54,526 nt of DNA from Thelocarpon superellum. Lineage: Eukaryota. The position numbers and the translations under genes were made by a program. The DNA is taken from assembly GCA_026025795.1 (NCBI GenBank), contig JAPEUG010000078.1:1-54526 (forward strand), read 5' to 3'. Under the pieces are notes generated by a model. It saw only the letters and a list, made by a program, of their open reading frames with translations. It was not told the origin of the DNA and did no database searches. Of the stretch, positions 10,257-22,344 are shown piece after piece. Position 1 is the first letter of the stretch, and every line of letters begins with the position of its first letter.

Positions 10257-12011
10257 TTATTTGATGCCTAGGAGCTTGAGCTCGAAGAGCAAGGTGCTGT
10301 TGGGCGGGATTTGACCGGCCTTCTTCTTGCCGTAGGCCAGATTCGCCGGGATCGTCAGCTTCCGCTCACCGCCTACGGACATGCCGGCGACGCCAATGTC
10401 CCAGCCCTTGATGACCTCGCCCGTGCCGAGCTTGAACTTGAACGGCTCTCCGCCCGTGTTGGCTGCACCAGTGTCAGCCTTTTCGACATTGGACTGAGCG
10501 CGCCACTCATACCATCAAAGCGTTGTCCGTTGCTCTGCAGCTTGCCAATGTACCGCATGGACACCGTGTCACCCTTCTTGGCCGCTCGGCCGGTGCCCAG
10601 CTTGCGGTCGTCGACGGTAACGCCCTGTACGATCTTCACACCGAGGCTGCCCTTGGGCTTGCTGTCGGGTTTGGCCGCTGTCGCTTTGGTGGACGGGCTA
10701 GGGCCCTGCTCGAGCTCCTTGGCAAACTGAACCTTCTTGTCTCCCTTGCCGGTGACGGGGCTATCCTTGGCCGCCGCCGCTTTCTGGTCCTCGGTCTTGA
10801 CCACGGCCTCGCCAGCGTTGTTCTTCAGCTTCTTCAGCTGCTTCTTGCTCAATTTCGGTTCCTCTTTGCTCACGCCGTTGGCCGGCTTGAGGGACTTGGC
10901 CATGATGTCGTCTAGATTGGCCGGCTCCGAGTCGGAGTCCTCGGCCGGGCGCTTGTTCTTACCCTTCTTGATCTCGGCCTTCTTGACCACTGTGGGCGCC
11001 TCGTCCTCGTCTGAGAGGAGTTCGGTGATGCGCGGGTCGGCCAACGCATCGAGCTCGTCACTCTCATCCTCAAGTTCGTCGTCATCGGGCGACAGATCGT
11101 ACTCTTCCGCCTCACCGTCCTCGTCCTCGTCCTCGTCGGACTCGACGAGGTTGGCTGCATAGTCGTTCACATAGTTGCCTGTCAAAAAGATGCTGTGGGT
11201 GCCGTAGACACGAAAATACACGTCTTCATCCTCGCGAATGGTGAGGTCGATGGCCTGCTGGTAGTGCTGCCGGGCGGTTAGCTGTTGGGCCAGCAGTGGC
11301 GACGCCCGATTAACCTACCGAATTCGGATCCAGCGTGCATACGACAAAGGACTCGTGATCTAGCGCATCCTCGTCGTCATCCTCGTCGTCCTCGTCTGAG
11401 TCGACCAAATCCTCCTCGCCGTTGGCCTTGGCCTTGCCTTTGTTGCTCTTGACGATCCCGTTGACCCCATTCGCCTTGTCGCCACCCAGGTCCATGCCCT
11501 CTCCGCCTTCAAGCTTTTCCTCCAGGATCTTCTGTAACTCAGCCAGCTGCTTCTCCTTGCGGGCCTTCTTTGACTTGGACGGATCGCTGGGACCACCATT
11601 CTTCTCCTCATCCTCCTCGTCATCTTCGTCGTCGTCGTCGTCGTCATCCTCATCCTCGTCGGAATCGGATTCGGCCAGCAGTGCCTTGAGGTATTCATCG
11701 TCGTCGGAGTCGCCCTCTTCTCCGTCATCATCGGAATCGTCCATCCCATCGCGAGCCCGGTACTCAATCCGCAGGGTAGCGCGCTGCGGGCGGCCAGCCG
11801 CTTTCAGGTCTTCCTCGGGGGACTCGTAGGGATCAATTGCCGCCATGGTGAGCCGGATCTACTGTCATGTTCAACGTCTGGTCCGTTCGCACCCGGAGTG
11901 GGGGAAAGCACAATAACTTACCGTTGAGGGGAAGTCCGTAAAAGCGGGGACGAGAACCCCACCACGAGGTACCTCCAGTCCGTAGACGGCCATGGGGATC
12001 AAGGACGCCAT
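10257..12011 (-). CDS. FPR4: Nucleolar FKBP-type peptidyl-prolyl isomerase / histone chaperone (Fpr3/Fpr4 type)
   Basis: N-terminal nucleoplasmin-like segments ([31 protein letters not shown]), long acidic and lysine-rich tracts, and a C-terminal FKBP domain ([43 protein letters not shown]). Exons 12011-11922, 11858-11319, 11266-10513, 10462-10257. Confidence 0.92.
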
Positions 12012-12805
12012 GTCGAACAAAGGGGTAGGATGGGAGAACGAGCTGTCCAAGATTGGGAGGTTGACGGGTGGGACCGGGCGGACGTGCGGACGTGCCAGCA
12101 AGTACAGAGCCTGGCAACCCGGTGGTTGGACGCAAATGCGGCGGTGTGGAATGACAGCGGCGGCGTCGAGGCTTCTTGCGAAGCAGATTCACCGAGATGG
12201 CGTCAGCAGGCGGTGGAGTGCGGCGTGTCTGGAGTCAATTCTTCAGTGAGAAGGAGAAATTCAAGGTCCAGCAGGAAAATTGCGGTGACCGCCTTTCCGC
12301 TTGCACAGCTGGTGGTAGGGAGTATTTACGAGGAAATATGCCTATTCGGACTCGTAGGCGGAACGGGCGTGCCCGAGGATTTTTTCCCTTGGCAGTGTCT
12401 GGCCGCTGGTATCGTTTGTGTATCACTACGGCCCGGACTAGCGAAGCGTAACTCGTACCCGATAGATACGCCGCAGTCGCCCTCTACCAAAGACGCGAAT
12501 CCACCGCCCCTCGCAAGTGACGACAGAGGCTGGGAGCCGGCGTGAGTCAACCGTCACGTGCTGACGTATCGCTTCCGCGTCTCCCACCCCCAGGTCCGCC
12601 ACGTCCGCCCAGGAGGCCCTTGATGATATATGGACGAGGGACGGAGTGCAAAGCACCGACTCCAGACAGCTCGAGCGACCCACATGGCCGCTCTGGTTGT
12701 TGAAGCCAGTGGCAAGATTGACCCTGCCAGCTGCTCTGACGCTTGCCCGTTCTCGTCCACCATGGACGATCGACGTCATGCGTGACTTCGTCCTGGAAAC
12801 TCGCC

Positions 12806-15800
12806 ATGGCCGGCCGGATGAACGCCCCAGAAGGCAATGCGGCGGCGGTACGCAAACGCATCGAGAACCGTTAGTCGCCACCCTGAGCTCACGTTGACGT
12901 CTGCTGATACATCTCATCTACAGACACGTTTGAGAACGAAGACGGTGACGAATATGAGGGCTCTACCTTTGGCGGCTTTACCGAATACTTTCGTCGCAAG
13001 AAGATCAAGCTACAGAATCGGGACGTCGATCTCCGGGGGTCTGCGCCCGACCATCCGCACATCTTCCGCGGGGTTGTCGCCCATGTCAATGGCTATACTC
13101 AGCCTTCGCTGAATGACCTCCACACGCTCATCGTCTCCCATGGTGGAGGCTTCATGCAGTATCTCGACGGCAAGACCACCGTCACCCATATTATCGCCCA
13201 CGCCTTGACGCCGAAGAAGCGCGTGGAGTTCCGACGCTATCGCATGGTCAAACCGGCCTGGGTGGTTGAGAGCATCAAAGCCGGCAAGCTGTTACCGTGG
13301 AACGACTTCCGCCTGGTGGACGAGGGGGAGGGTCAGAAGGTTCTCGGCTTTGAGAACGGCAACGTGGTGAGCCAGACCAATCAGAAGATTGGAGGCTACC
13401 GCGATGAGTCTATCGGCAGGCGGATGGCGAATTACGTCCACGACGTGGCCGAGGAGATGGATCATCGCCCAGTCGCCGCCTTCCCGCCGCCTCAGGATGC
13501 TCCAGACCGGCCAGGAGATGCCCCGAAGGCAATCGAGGCTCCTCTTCGACGGTCAACAGGCGTCTCGGAAGACGTACATCGATTGTTAGAGGATGTCGCC
13601 GATGCCGCGGACCTTGACGAGCTACAAGATGTGGATGTAAAGGGGCAACTTGGGGGGCTCGCGTCGAACGATCAGGGGCCTGCAGCCGAAGGCCCCACAT
13701 CAACCCGACAAGTTTCGTCGGCAGACCACTCGCCGCCTGTGCGAGACCAACCATCGCCAGTTAAGGGGCGAAAGATGACAGCGGAAGAACACAACATGGC
13801 CCTGCTGGCCGACCCTCGCATCCGCAACGCTTCCGTGCTGAATCCCAACTTCATCAAACAGTACTACGCCGAATCGCGACTCCACCATCTCTCGACGTGG
13901 AAGGCGACGTTGAAGGCGCAGCTGCAACGTGTGACCGCCGAAAAGTCTTCGTCCCAGCGAGCAGCGCTCACGCGCCCGTCGGGCTCACGGCGCTACATCC
14001 TGCACGTCGACTTTGACAGTTTCTTCGCCGCCGTCTCGCTCAAGAATGCGCCCCACCTCAAGGATAAGCCTGTAGTCGTGGCCCATGGCAATGGCACCGG
14101 TTCTGAGATCGCCAGCTGCAACTACGTGGCCCGATCTTTTGGGGTCAAGAATGGCATGTGGATGAAACAGGCCCAGAATCTCTGTCCCGAGGTACAGGTC
14201 CTGCCGTATGACTTCAAAGCCTACGAGGATGCCAGCCGACACTTCTACGATGCCGTCCTGCGCACGGGCGGCATCGTCCAAAGCGTCAGCATTGATGAAG
14301 CCCTGGTGGATGTCACGGACCTCTGCCTAGCCGCTGGAGGGACTGATGGCCGGGCCATCCAAGAGGGCAGCATCTCGCGGGAACAGGTCATGGCCGAGGA
14401 GATTGCGCGGGACGTGCGCGCTCGGGTCATGGAGAAGACGGCGTGTGCGGTGTCGGTGGGGATCGGGGGAAACATCTTACTGGCCAAGGTGGCGCTACGA
14501 AAGGCGAAGCCGGCGGGACAATACCATATCAAGCCCGAAGAGGCGCTCGACTTCCTTGCCACGCTTCCGGTGCGAGATCTTCCCGGCGTGGCGTACAGCA
14601 TCGGCGGCAAGCTCGAAGAGATTGGCGCGGTCTTGATCCAGCATGTTCGTGCCCTCACCAAGGAGAAGCTGGTGTCGACCCTCGGCCCGAAGACGGGGGA
14701 CAAGATTTGGAACTATGCACGCGGCATCGACCGCAGCGAGGTCGCCGAGCAGGTGGTCCGCAAGTCCGTGTCGGCCGAGGTCAACTGGGGGGTGCGCTTC
14801 GAGACCCAAGCTCAGGCGGATGAATTCGTGGACAACTTGTGCGGCGAGTTACACAGCCGCCTTGAGGAGCAGAAAGTCAAGGGTCGCCACCTTACGATGA
14901 AGGTGATGCGACGAGCCCAGGACGCGCCTCTCGACCCGCCCAAACACCTCGGGCACGGCAAGTGCGACGTGTACAACAAGAGCGTGGTGCTGGGCGTGGC
15001 AACCACCTCTCATGAGATTCTCGCGCGAGAAGCGCTCTCGATCCTCAAGGCCTTGAACTTCGCCCCAGGCGAGCTGCGCGGCTTAGGCGTACAGATGACC
15101 AAGCTGGAACCGCTCAAGGAGACGGTGGAGGGCCAGGCCGAGAGCAGCCAAAAGCGGCTTCAATTCAAGGCTCCGTCGACGGTGACGCCGTTGAAGAAGG
15201 AGGCTGCGGACTTGATCCTGGACGATCCCGACCGTCCGAGCACGGAGACGATACGAGCTCCGAGTGTGGTGGGATCGGTGAAGCAGGAGGACCGTCTCCC
15301 CAAGCCGCTCAACACGTTGGGCACGCAGTTTCTGGTTCCTTCCCAAGTGGATCCCGCCGTCTTGGCCGAGCTGCCAGAGTCCATCAGGAAGAAGGTGCTT
15401 CAGTCTCACAAGGGTTCCACTCGGACGGGCTCTCCATCGCGCCGAGCCGGATCGCCGACCCCATTTCCAGCTCCCACATCGGCTCTTCTCCAACCCAACG
15501 CCGAAACGCTTGAGGCCTTGCCGGCGGAACCGAAGCAGGAGGTGCTCAAGCACATGAGCCGGAACCCTGTCAAAGGGCAAGGTCACGCTCTCCGGCCACA
15601 ATCGCCGCACAAAGGGCATGCGTTGGGCAACTCGAAGGGCAAGAGAGCCACCACGCCAAGCAAACGACGAGGTGGTCTCTCCAACCGTGGCGCGAAAGGG
15701 GGTGGCAAGAGCGAGAGCCACTCGACCCTGACCCAATCCAATTTCGTGTCACGAGCCTCGGCCGCGAATCCTCCTCCCACCACCGACTACTCGGGTACGG

Positions 15801-16399
15801 AATCCGGGGACGAAGGCGGCGTGCAGGAGACGGACATTTCCCCCGACTTCCTCGAGGCCCTCCCAGACGACATCCGACGTGAGATTCTTCTCGAAGCCAA
15901 ACGCGAACGGCTCAACCGACGAAGCCAGCTCGACTTTTCCCTCCCCCGCGCCACCACCCCCGCACCCTCGCGCCATGCACCGCCACCGCCACCGCCACCG
16001 CCACCGCCACCAGCCGACCAACCCGTGATCTCATTCACCTCGCGAGCAGGCCCCAAACCCACCTTCACCAGTAAACAGCTCTCGACGCTGGCGGAGCTAC
16101 GATCCGCCGTGTCGGCGTGGGTGAGCTCCCTGGCTGACGAGGGCCCGCATGACGACGACGTGCAAGCGCTGGCGCGCTATCTCCGGCTCGTGGTCGCCGA
16201 GGAGCGGAACCTGGAGAAGGCCAGAGCGGTGTTGAAATGGTTCAAGTGGGTGGTGCATGTCGAGGTTGAGGAGGGGCAGACGACGCCGCAAGGGGGCGGT
16301 GATGGCGCCGTGATTGCGTGGGCAGCAGCCGTCAGTGTTGTTGACGACGCCATGCAGACTGCCGTGAGGGAGAGAGGGTTGGGTCCGTTAGTGGTGTAG
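12806..16399 (+). CDS. REV1: DNA repair protein Rev1 (Y-family deoxycytidyl transferase)
   Basis: ATG 12806, intron 12870-12923, then FGGFTEYFRRKKIKLQN, a BRCT domain (VAHVNGYTQP...VKPAWVVES), SRLHHLSTWK, HVDFDSFF, SIDEA and UBM-like motifs (VLAELPESIR, FLEALPDDIRRE). Confidence 0.95.
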
Positions 16400-16763
16400 C
16401 GATCGGCGTACCGATAGTATCAGCCTGAGATGTAGATGGGTGCAGAGATGTAGGAGGACAGCTGTAGTACCGCGATCGATTTCACATCCAAGACATGGGA
16501 CAAGGACTACGACAGGACGAAGATGGACGTGTCTTCAGAACAGCACCCCCTCGAGTACAGAGATACAAATACGTCTTGAACAGAGTGACAGGGTGCGACA
16601 CACACGCCACCGCCTCACCCTCTCTCTCTCTTTCCTGTTGTAGTCGTAGTCGTCTTCGCTGCCGCAGTCACAGTCAGTAGAGAGCGCGCGCGCACCGAAG
16701 CAGCAACGACGGGACACCTATTCCCAAGCAACTCGTCCGTTCCACCCTCCGGTCCGCCCTCGT

Positions 16764-16902
16764 CCTGGGACGTATCATCCAGTGGTTGGGCAATGACTGG
16801 TGAGATGTCGTGGTGTTCAGTAGTGCTTGGAACATTGCTTTATTGCGACTGCTGGTAGCTTTGGTGTCAACGGTATCGTATCCATTGCCATGGAGCATCA
16901 GG
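16764..16902 (+). ncRNA. Candidate structured non-coding RNA (unassigned)
   Basis: Nested complementary segments with many G.U pairs on the plus strand (pairings listed under findings). No known RNA family recognised. Confidence 0.35.
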
Positions 16903-17304
16903 CGTCGTGCTGACTCCGTCTATACTAAAGTCCGGCAGGCGACGGAGAAGGGAAAGGAAACGAGAGGGATGGAGGTGGCGGGTGCGGAGCCGAGTACATC
17001 AAGACACGACCGCATGCAGGCCGGCCAGAACGATGACGACCGAGTCTACGGAAGACGGTGGACGGTGGACGTGGATGGTAAATGGTGGAGAATGGAGGAT
17101 GGAGGATGGAGAAGAACAGGATGAGAACACAACAAACAGGCAGAAGTCACCAACGCTGCAGAGTAAGAAAGCCGCCCGCTGTGAGTCCGTCAGAGGTGCA
17201 CTGCACTGCATGTCTCCGTTCATCCTCATCGCCTGGATTTCCGCCCAAGACGCCGAAAAAGCACCGCGTACCCTATGTGCATTCAGAGGACCGATGAAGG
17301 CCCA

Positions 17305-20300
17305 TCAGTCCGCAATGACCACGGTATGTCCAGCCGCAGTCGTGGCATTGCCATCCATTGACGCGTCGGTTCCCGCCGTGCGAACGACGTCGTCCAATCG
17401 TCTCAACGCGTCCGCCACGCCGTCCATGGTCGCCACGATACCCGTGCGCAGGCCCTTCCATCCCTCGCCCTGGTCCAGCATCAGCGCCCGCAGGGCCTCC
17501 GCGAGCGGCGCCGGGCGCGCCGTCGGGGCATCGGCGCGGTCGCGAACGCTGCTGGCCAGCGTGGCGGTGTCCTCGGAGATGAACCATCGGATGTCGTCGC
17601 GGCGCTGGCGCAGGCGGATGTCGAAGAAGGCGCGAGGCGCGTCGTAGCGGAGTTGCAGCCAGTCGGCCGCGCGCGGGAGGATGAATACGCGCGTGGGCGA
17701 AGCGGCGTGTGCGGTGCTCGTGGCTTCGAGCGCGGCGAGCGCGCGGAAGAGCGGGATCGTGAGGCTGACGAGCACCGTCACATGCTCGAGCCCCGCGTCG
17801 CCGTCGCCGTTCAGGATGCGCGTGAGGAAATCCGCGATGCGCAGGTGCGGGTTGCCCGCCTCGAGCGTGAACGTCATGGGTGCCTGGCTGGCGAAGCCGA
17901 CGGTGGCGCGGAGCGGGGGATCCCGGGCGTAGTGGAAGACGAGTCGCCCGAGCGAGAGCGAGTCGCACTGGAGTCGGAATCGCCGCACGACTTGCAGGAA
18001 GCGGATGAGCCGCTCGATGCGCACCAGCCGGTCACGCATCTGCGTCACCATGCTCTCGCCGACGGGCCCGTGCAGACGACAGGCAAAGGTGCCCGAGGCC
18101 GCGTGGAAGACGACGTCGTCGTCCACCCGGTCGCGAATCATCCCGAACAGCGCCGGCTGCACCAATCGCGCGACCATGATCTGCGTCGCGTGCCCCGTCG
18201 ACGACGTTACCCCTTGGTACTTGACCTGCACCGGTTCCTTGGCCCACGTCTGCAGGCGCCGCCGGAGCCCGTGTCCAATCAGGGAGGAGAAGCGGATGAC
18301 AAGGAGCGGGAGCGCGTCCGTGGGATCGCCGTCCGTGGTGCCGGCACGGACCGCGTAGCGGATGCGGGACTGCTGGAGTTGTCGGGCGTGCACAAAGAGC
18401 GAGATCATGCCGGCGCTGATGCGCTCCAGCCGGCCGAGATACTCGTACGTCGGGTCGATGGAGCGCGCCGTCGCGGCCGCGATCGGGAGCCGCTGGTGGT
18501 CTCCGATGGCGTGCCCGATCGTCGCGGGCAGGAGCTCGAGGATCCACCAGTCTTCGCCGCCCATGCCGACGCTGAGCGCCACCACCCATCGTCCGTTCCA
18601 TCCCGTCCGACTAAAGTACGACACCTGCAGCGTGTCGCGCGGGAAGACGCGCTTCATGTCTTCTTGCTTGGGCGACAGCGTGCGCAGCAGCTGCCACCCC
18701 ACGCACCGCGCCCGGCTCTCAATCTCCTCCTTGACGATGAGACACCGCAGGTTCGAGAGGTGGTGGGGCGCCTCCGTGGCGGGGTCTTTGAGGCTGTTGA
18801 GCGTGTGCTCCACCTGACTGAACCGTAGCGTCGCCGGTTCCAGCGCAAAGCGGCCGCCGATCGGTTCCATCGTCAGGGTCGCAGTGCGGGACGGCGTCAG
18901 CTGCGCCGTCACCTTCGACTGCACCGACGCCACGGCGGAGGTGGATAATGAGAGCGAGAGGGTGGCGTGCGCATAGAGCGGTGCCTCGAGGAGCTTGTCG
19001 CGGATCGCTCGTAGGATGGAGTTGGTGTGGAGAGCAATGACACGCTTCAGGAGCGCTTCCATCGAGGTGCCCGTCGTTGGCAACGCCAAGGGGGACTCGG
19101 CCGCCTCCTTGCCGTCGCGCACCCAGCGGATCGCGATGGCGCTCGTCGCCGGTCGCGATATGCCATCGGCCTGGGCGGCTTTCCGCCGGACGCCGATCTC
19201 GATCCAGCTCTTGCCGCCGGGTCGCTTCAGCCAGTATTGCACCACCAGCGTGCGTCGGACCATCTCGAGCCGGACGGCGTCGGCCCATCGCCCGCGCACC
19301 AGCTCAGCCGCCTGGCGCCGGAGGACGTTGATCTTGTGCGTGAGCACCAGCTCGTGCAGGAAGTCGTAGCAGCCCCGGAGGCCATCCGTCTTGAGCACCT
19401 CGTTGGCGCGCTCTTCGATCTCGTGGCGCAGCCGGCCCTGCAGAGCATCGGGGTCGGAGGCGAAGAGGAAGCGGAGGTCGAGGAAGTAGAGCTGCTTCGT
19501 GGGGTCTTCATCCGCGATGGACAGGTCCACCTCGAACTCGCCCGGCACCACAAACGTCGCCCGGCCCGAGGCGATGGTGAAGGTCTGAAAGTAGGGAGGA
19601 AGGTCTTCGTGGAGGTTGAGCCGGATGGCGAGAAGCGTGTTGATGTTGCGGAGCGTCTTGAGGGTCTCGTGGGGCGAGAGAGGAGGGGCAGGAATGAGAT
19701 TCAGCTAGCATATCCGTCAGCATGTCAACCAAATGATCTCGCCACGCTCTTCCGCGGCCACATACGTCGGGGAGCCAGGAGGCCGTGCCGGTCGACAGCA
19801 CCTCCAACGCCGTGGCCAGGTCGGGATTGGGCAGCTTGGCGGGACCCATGGACAGCTTTAACCGCCCGAGCTCGAGACTGGCTTCGTCGTGCAGGTAGGC
19901 CTGGGTGCGCAGCCATTGCAACAGATCGATGGCCTTGCGCACATCCTCGGTCGATCGGCTCCAGCTCGCTAGGACCAGGAGCTTGATGAACTGGGCACGG
20001 CGGTGCTGCACAAAATCCATCAGACGCGTCTTCTTCTGCACGCTGACCTGCGCCGCGGCGTTGCCATTGACCAAGGCGTGGGCGTCGTGGAGGCCACTCT
20101 GGTGGGTGGCGTGCGGCGCCGACATGTCGGCCAGGGCATGAATGACCTCCTTCAGCTCGTTCAACGTCTCCTGCACCAGGCGCACCGTGAGTTCGGCGAG
20201 GTCCTTGTACTCGCCACCATCTACCCGCTCGATGTAGGGCGGGTCTTTGGCGACCGCGAACGTCCCGTCCGCGCCCTCTATGACCCCCTCTTCGTTCGCG

Positions 20301-20467
20301 TTCACATGGCGGCCATTGGCAACCGGCTTCGCCAGTTGAGGTGACTCGGTTTTGGGCATGAAGCCATTCGGAATCAACGATGACTTGGGGCTGTGTGGCC
20401 GATGCGTGGGGTCCTGGGCCCCGTCGTCATCGCGAGCCGCGCCATTCTCCACCCTCATGCCAGGCAT
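17305..20467 (-). CDS. MED14: Mediator of RNA polymerase II transcription subunit 14
   Basis: RAQFIKLLVLASWS, AKLPNPDLATALEVLSTG, FTIASGRATFVVPGEFEVDLS and YFLDLRFLF are Med14/Rgr1 N-domain motifs. One intron at about 19705-19765 joins ORFs 19508..20497 and 17305..19551. Confidence 0.92.
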
Positions 20468-22344
20468 CTCGTCCGTGGCCTCGTCCAGCGCCAGCACATC
20501 CCCATGCGGCCTCAGACCCTCCTCCTGACCGACCGGGTACGACGCGGCGCAATCTATCGTGGCCAGTCGAGGTGCGATGTACGACGGATGATCTGGTGGA
20601 GGTCAGCGGCGCGGGTCGTCGGGCCACGGTCAGGACCGGCCTGCCCCTCGTCCGTCCATGCAATGGCCTCGTGAGATGTGCCTCGCTCCGCCCTCCGCGA
20701 GGTAAGCGCGCCGTCGAATGAAAGGATGGTCGTTTGGTGGCGGGACAGAAGGCGCGGATTGTGGCAGGGTGTGATGGACGGCGAGCTGGGACAAAGAAGC
20801 CAGCGGGCCCACCCCCATGAACGATACGGTCGCAACAGGATCAGTCGCAGCTCATTGAGGAGAAGGTGAGCAGGCGCAGAGGCGAGGTGATTAAGGGAAG
20901 AACCGGCGCTGGTGGTCGGAGAGAAGGTGACGGTAGGGAGCGTGATGAGCGTGATGAGCATCGGGGTGCGATGGGTGCGATGGAAGGGCGATGTTGCGGA
21001 TTGCGCCAGTGACGATCGCGCTTCTCGCCGAGCGTACGAGTAGAGAGCCACAGCGCGACGGAGCCGCAGAGCAACAGAGCCACAGAGCCAACAGGCCGCG
21101 ACCCAAGAGCGAGTGGCCGACGGCTGGGGACCGTTGGCGTTCTCGCTTGCCCAAACCCACCGGATAGTGGTGGTGCTCGGCGAGTGGCCGATGACTCAGC
21201 ATGTCATCGAGCATCGACCTTCCACGTGACAGTGCCCCAAGGAGCGCTACGAGGCACCACGTACCCATCGCCTGACTCCAGACGGGAGTGACTTGCCCCG
21301 GCTCCCTGTGCGGTCGTTGGTGCCATCGCCAACATTATTGTCCAGTCCTCATCCTGATCGCTGGTAGCCGGCCACGGCGCTGGCGTGCCTGGCGACGCTG
21401 TTGTTGCAAAGCCTGCTGCCCCTATGGCCATCGCCGTCTCTCCCGCCAGTGTCCTTGGGGCTGGCATCACCCGGTGCATCGTCGCCCGCGTCAAGAACGT
21501 CATTGGTCCACGCCGCGCGGTAGAGCAGTCGTGTGCCCCGCCGCAGGGGCGACACGCCGCCCACCGTCTCCGTCTCGGTGTCAAGCCTCATGCCGGGTAG
21601 GGTCTGCAGTCGCCTCGTGCAGACGCGACAGGGAGTCGGCGTATGTGGTTCCCCCGTATTTCCCCATGTCCGGGGCAGACGAGGGTCCGCCCTCCGGACT
21701 CACGCCGCACGGGAAGTTCGGCGATGGAGGGGTCATGACCTCGAGTTCTGGAGCGAAGACGGGGCTACAACACTACTGTACAAGCAAGTGCCGATACAAA
21801 GGGTGCGTCGTACCTCGTCCTCTTCGGGGCTCAGCTCATGCACCCCGCCAGTCGAGATCGGCCATCGATCTCACCATCTATCTCGTATATACATTCCTCA
21901 TTCCCACGCGTGCCGATGGCGGTGGTCTGGATGGCGAGGCAGGTGGGTGGTGCTGGCGCCTGTCCGCGTCCTATGCCCCAGGGAGGCTAGAGACGCCCGT
22001 AGGAGCAGGGTAGCCCAGGCGATACCCCTCCAGCCCCAACGAGCGACGGTTGACGAGCGTCGGCCCCTACCCGGCCAACCCCCAAGACCCTCGTGATGAT
22101 CCTCGTCTGGTCCCCGGTAAACGCCAGCGTTCCATTTGCTGGACCTGCTACATCCTTCGCGGGTCTGCGAGCGAGAGCACCATGATCGCTCCCTGCACCC
22201 TTGGTCGGTACGACGCGTAGACCTGGGAGAGTCGTTCGACCGCTCAGCCGGGCGGCTCATGCCTCGACCGTCGACGATGCTGGCACAGGCACGATAAGTC
22301 CACACGTCGACGCTGGCTCCGGCCTCGTGAGGGCCAAAGCAGCC

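Noticed and set aside
16764..16930. Assignment of the structured segment to U1-U6, SRP, RNase P/MRP, 5S, hammerhead or a specific snoRNA
   Set aside because: Diagnostic motifs are absent. An 8-nt complement to 18S rRNA (ACGGTATC) is not followed by a D box, and the box spacing does not fit H/ACA.
21349..21736. Possible small spliced minus-strand ORF between MED14 and ATG22
   Set aside because: A donor-like GTGAGT exists, but there is no clear branch site, motif or codon bias.
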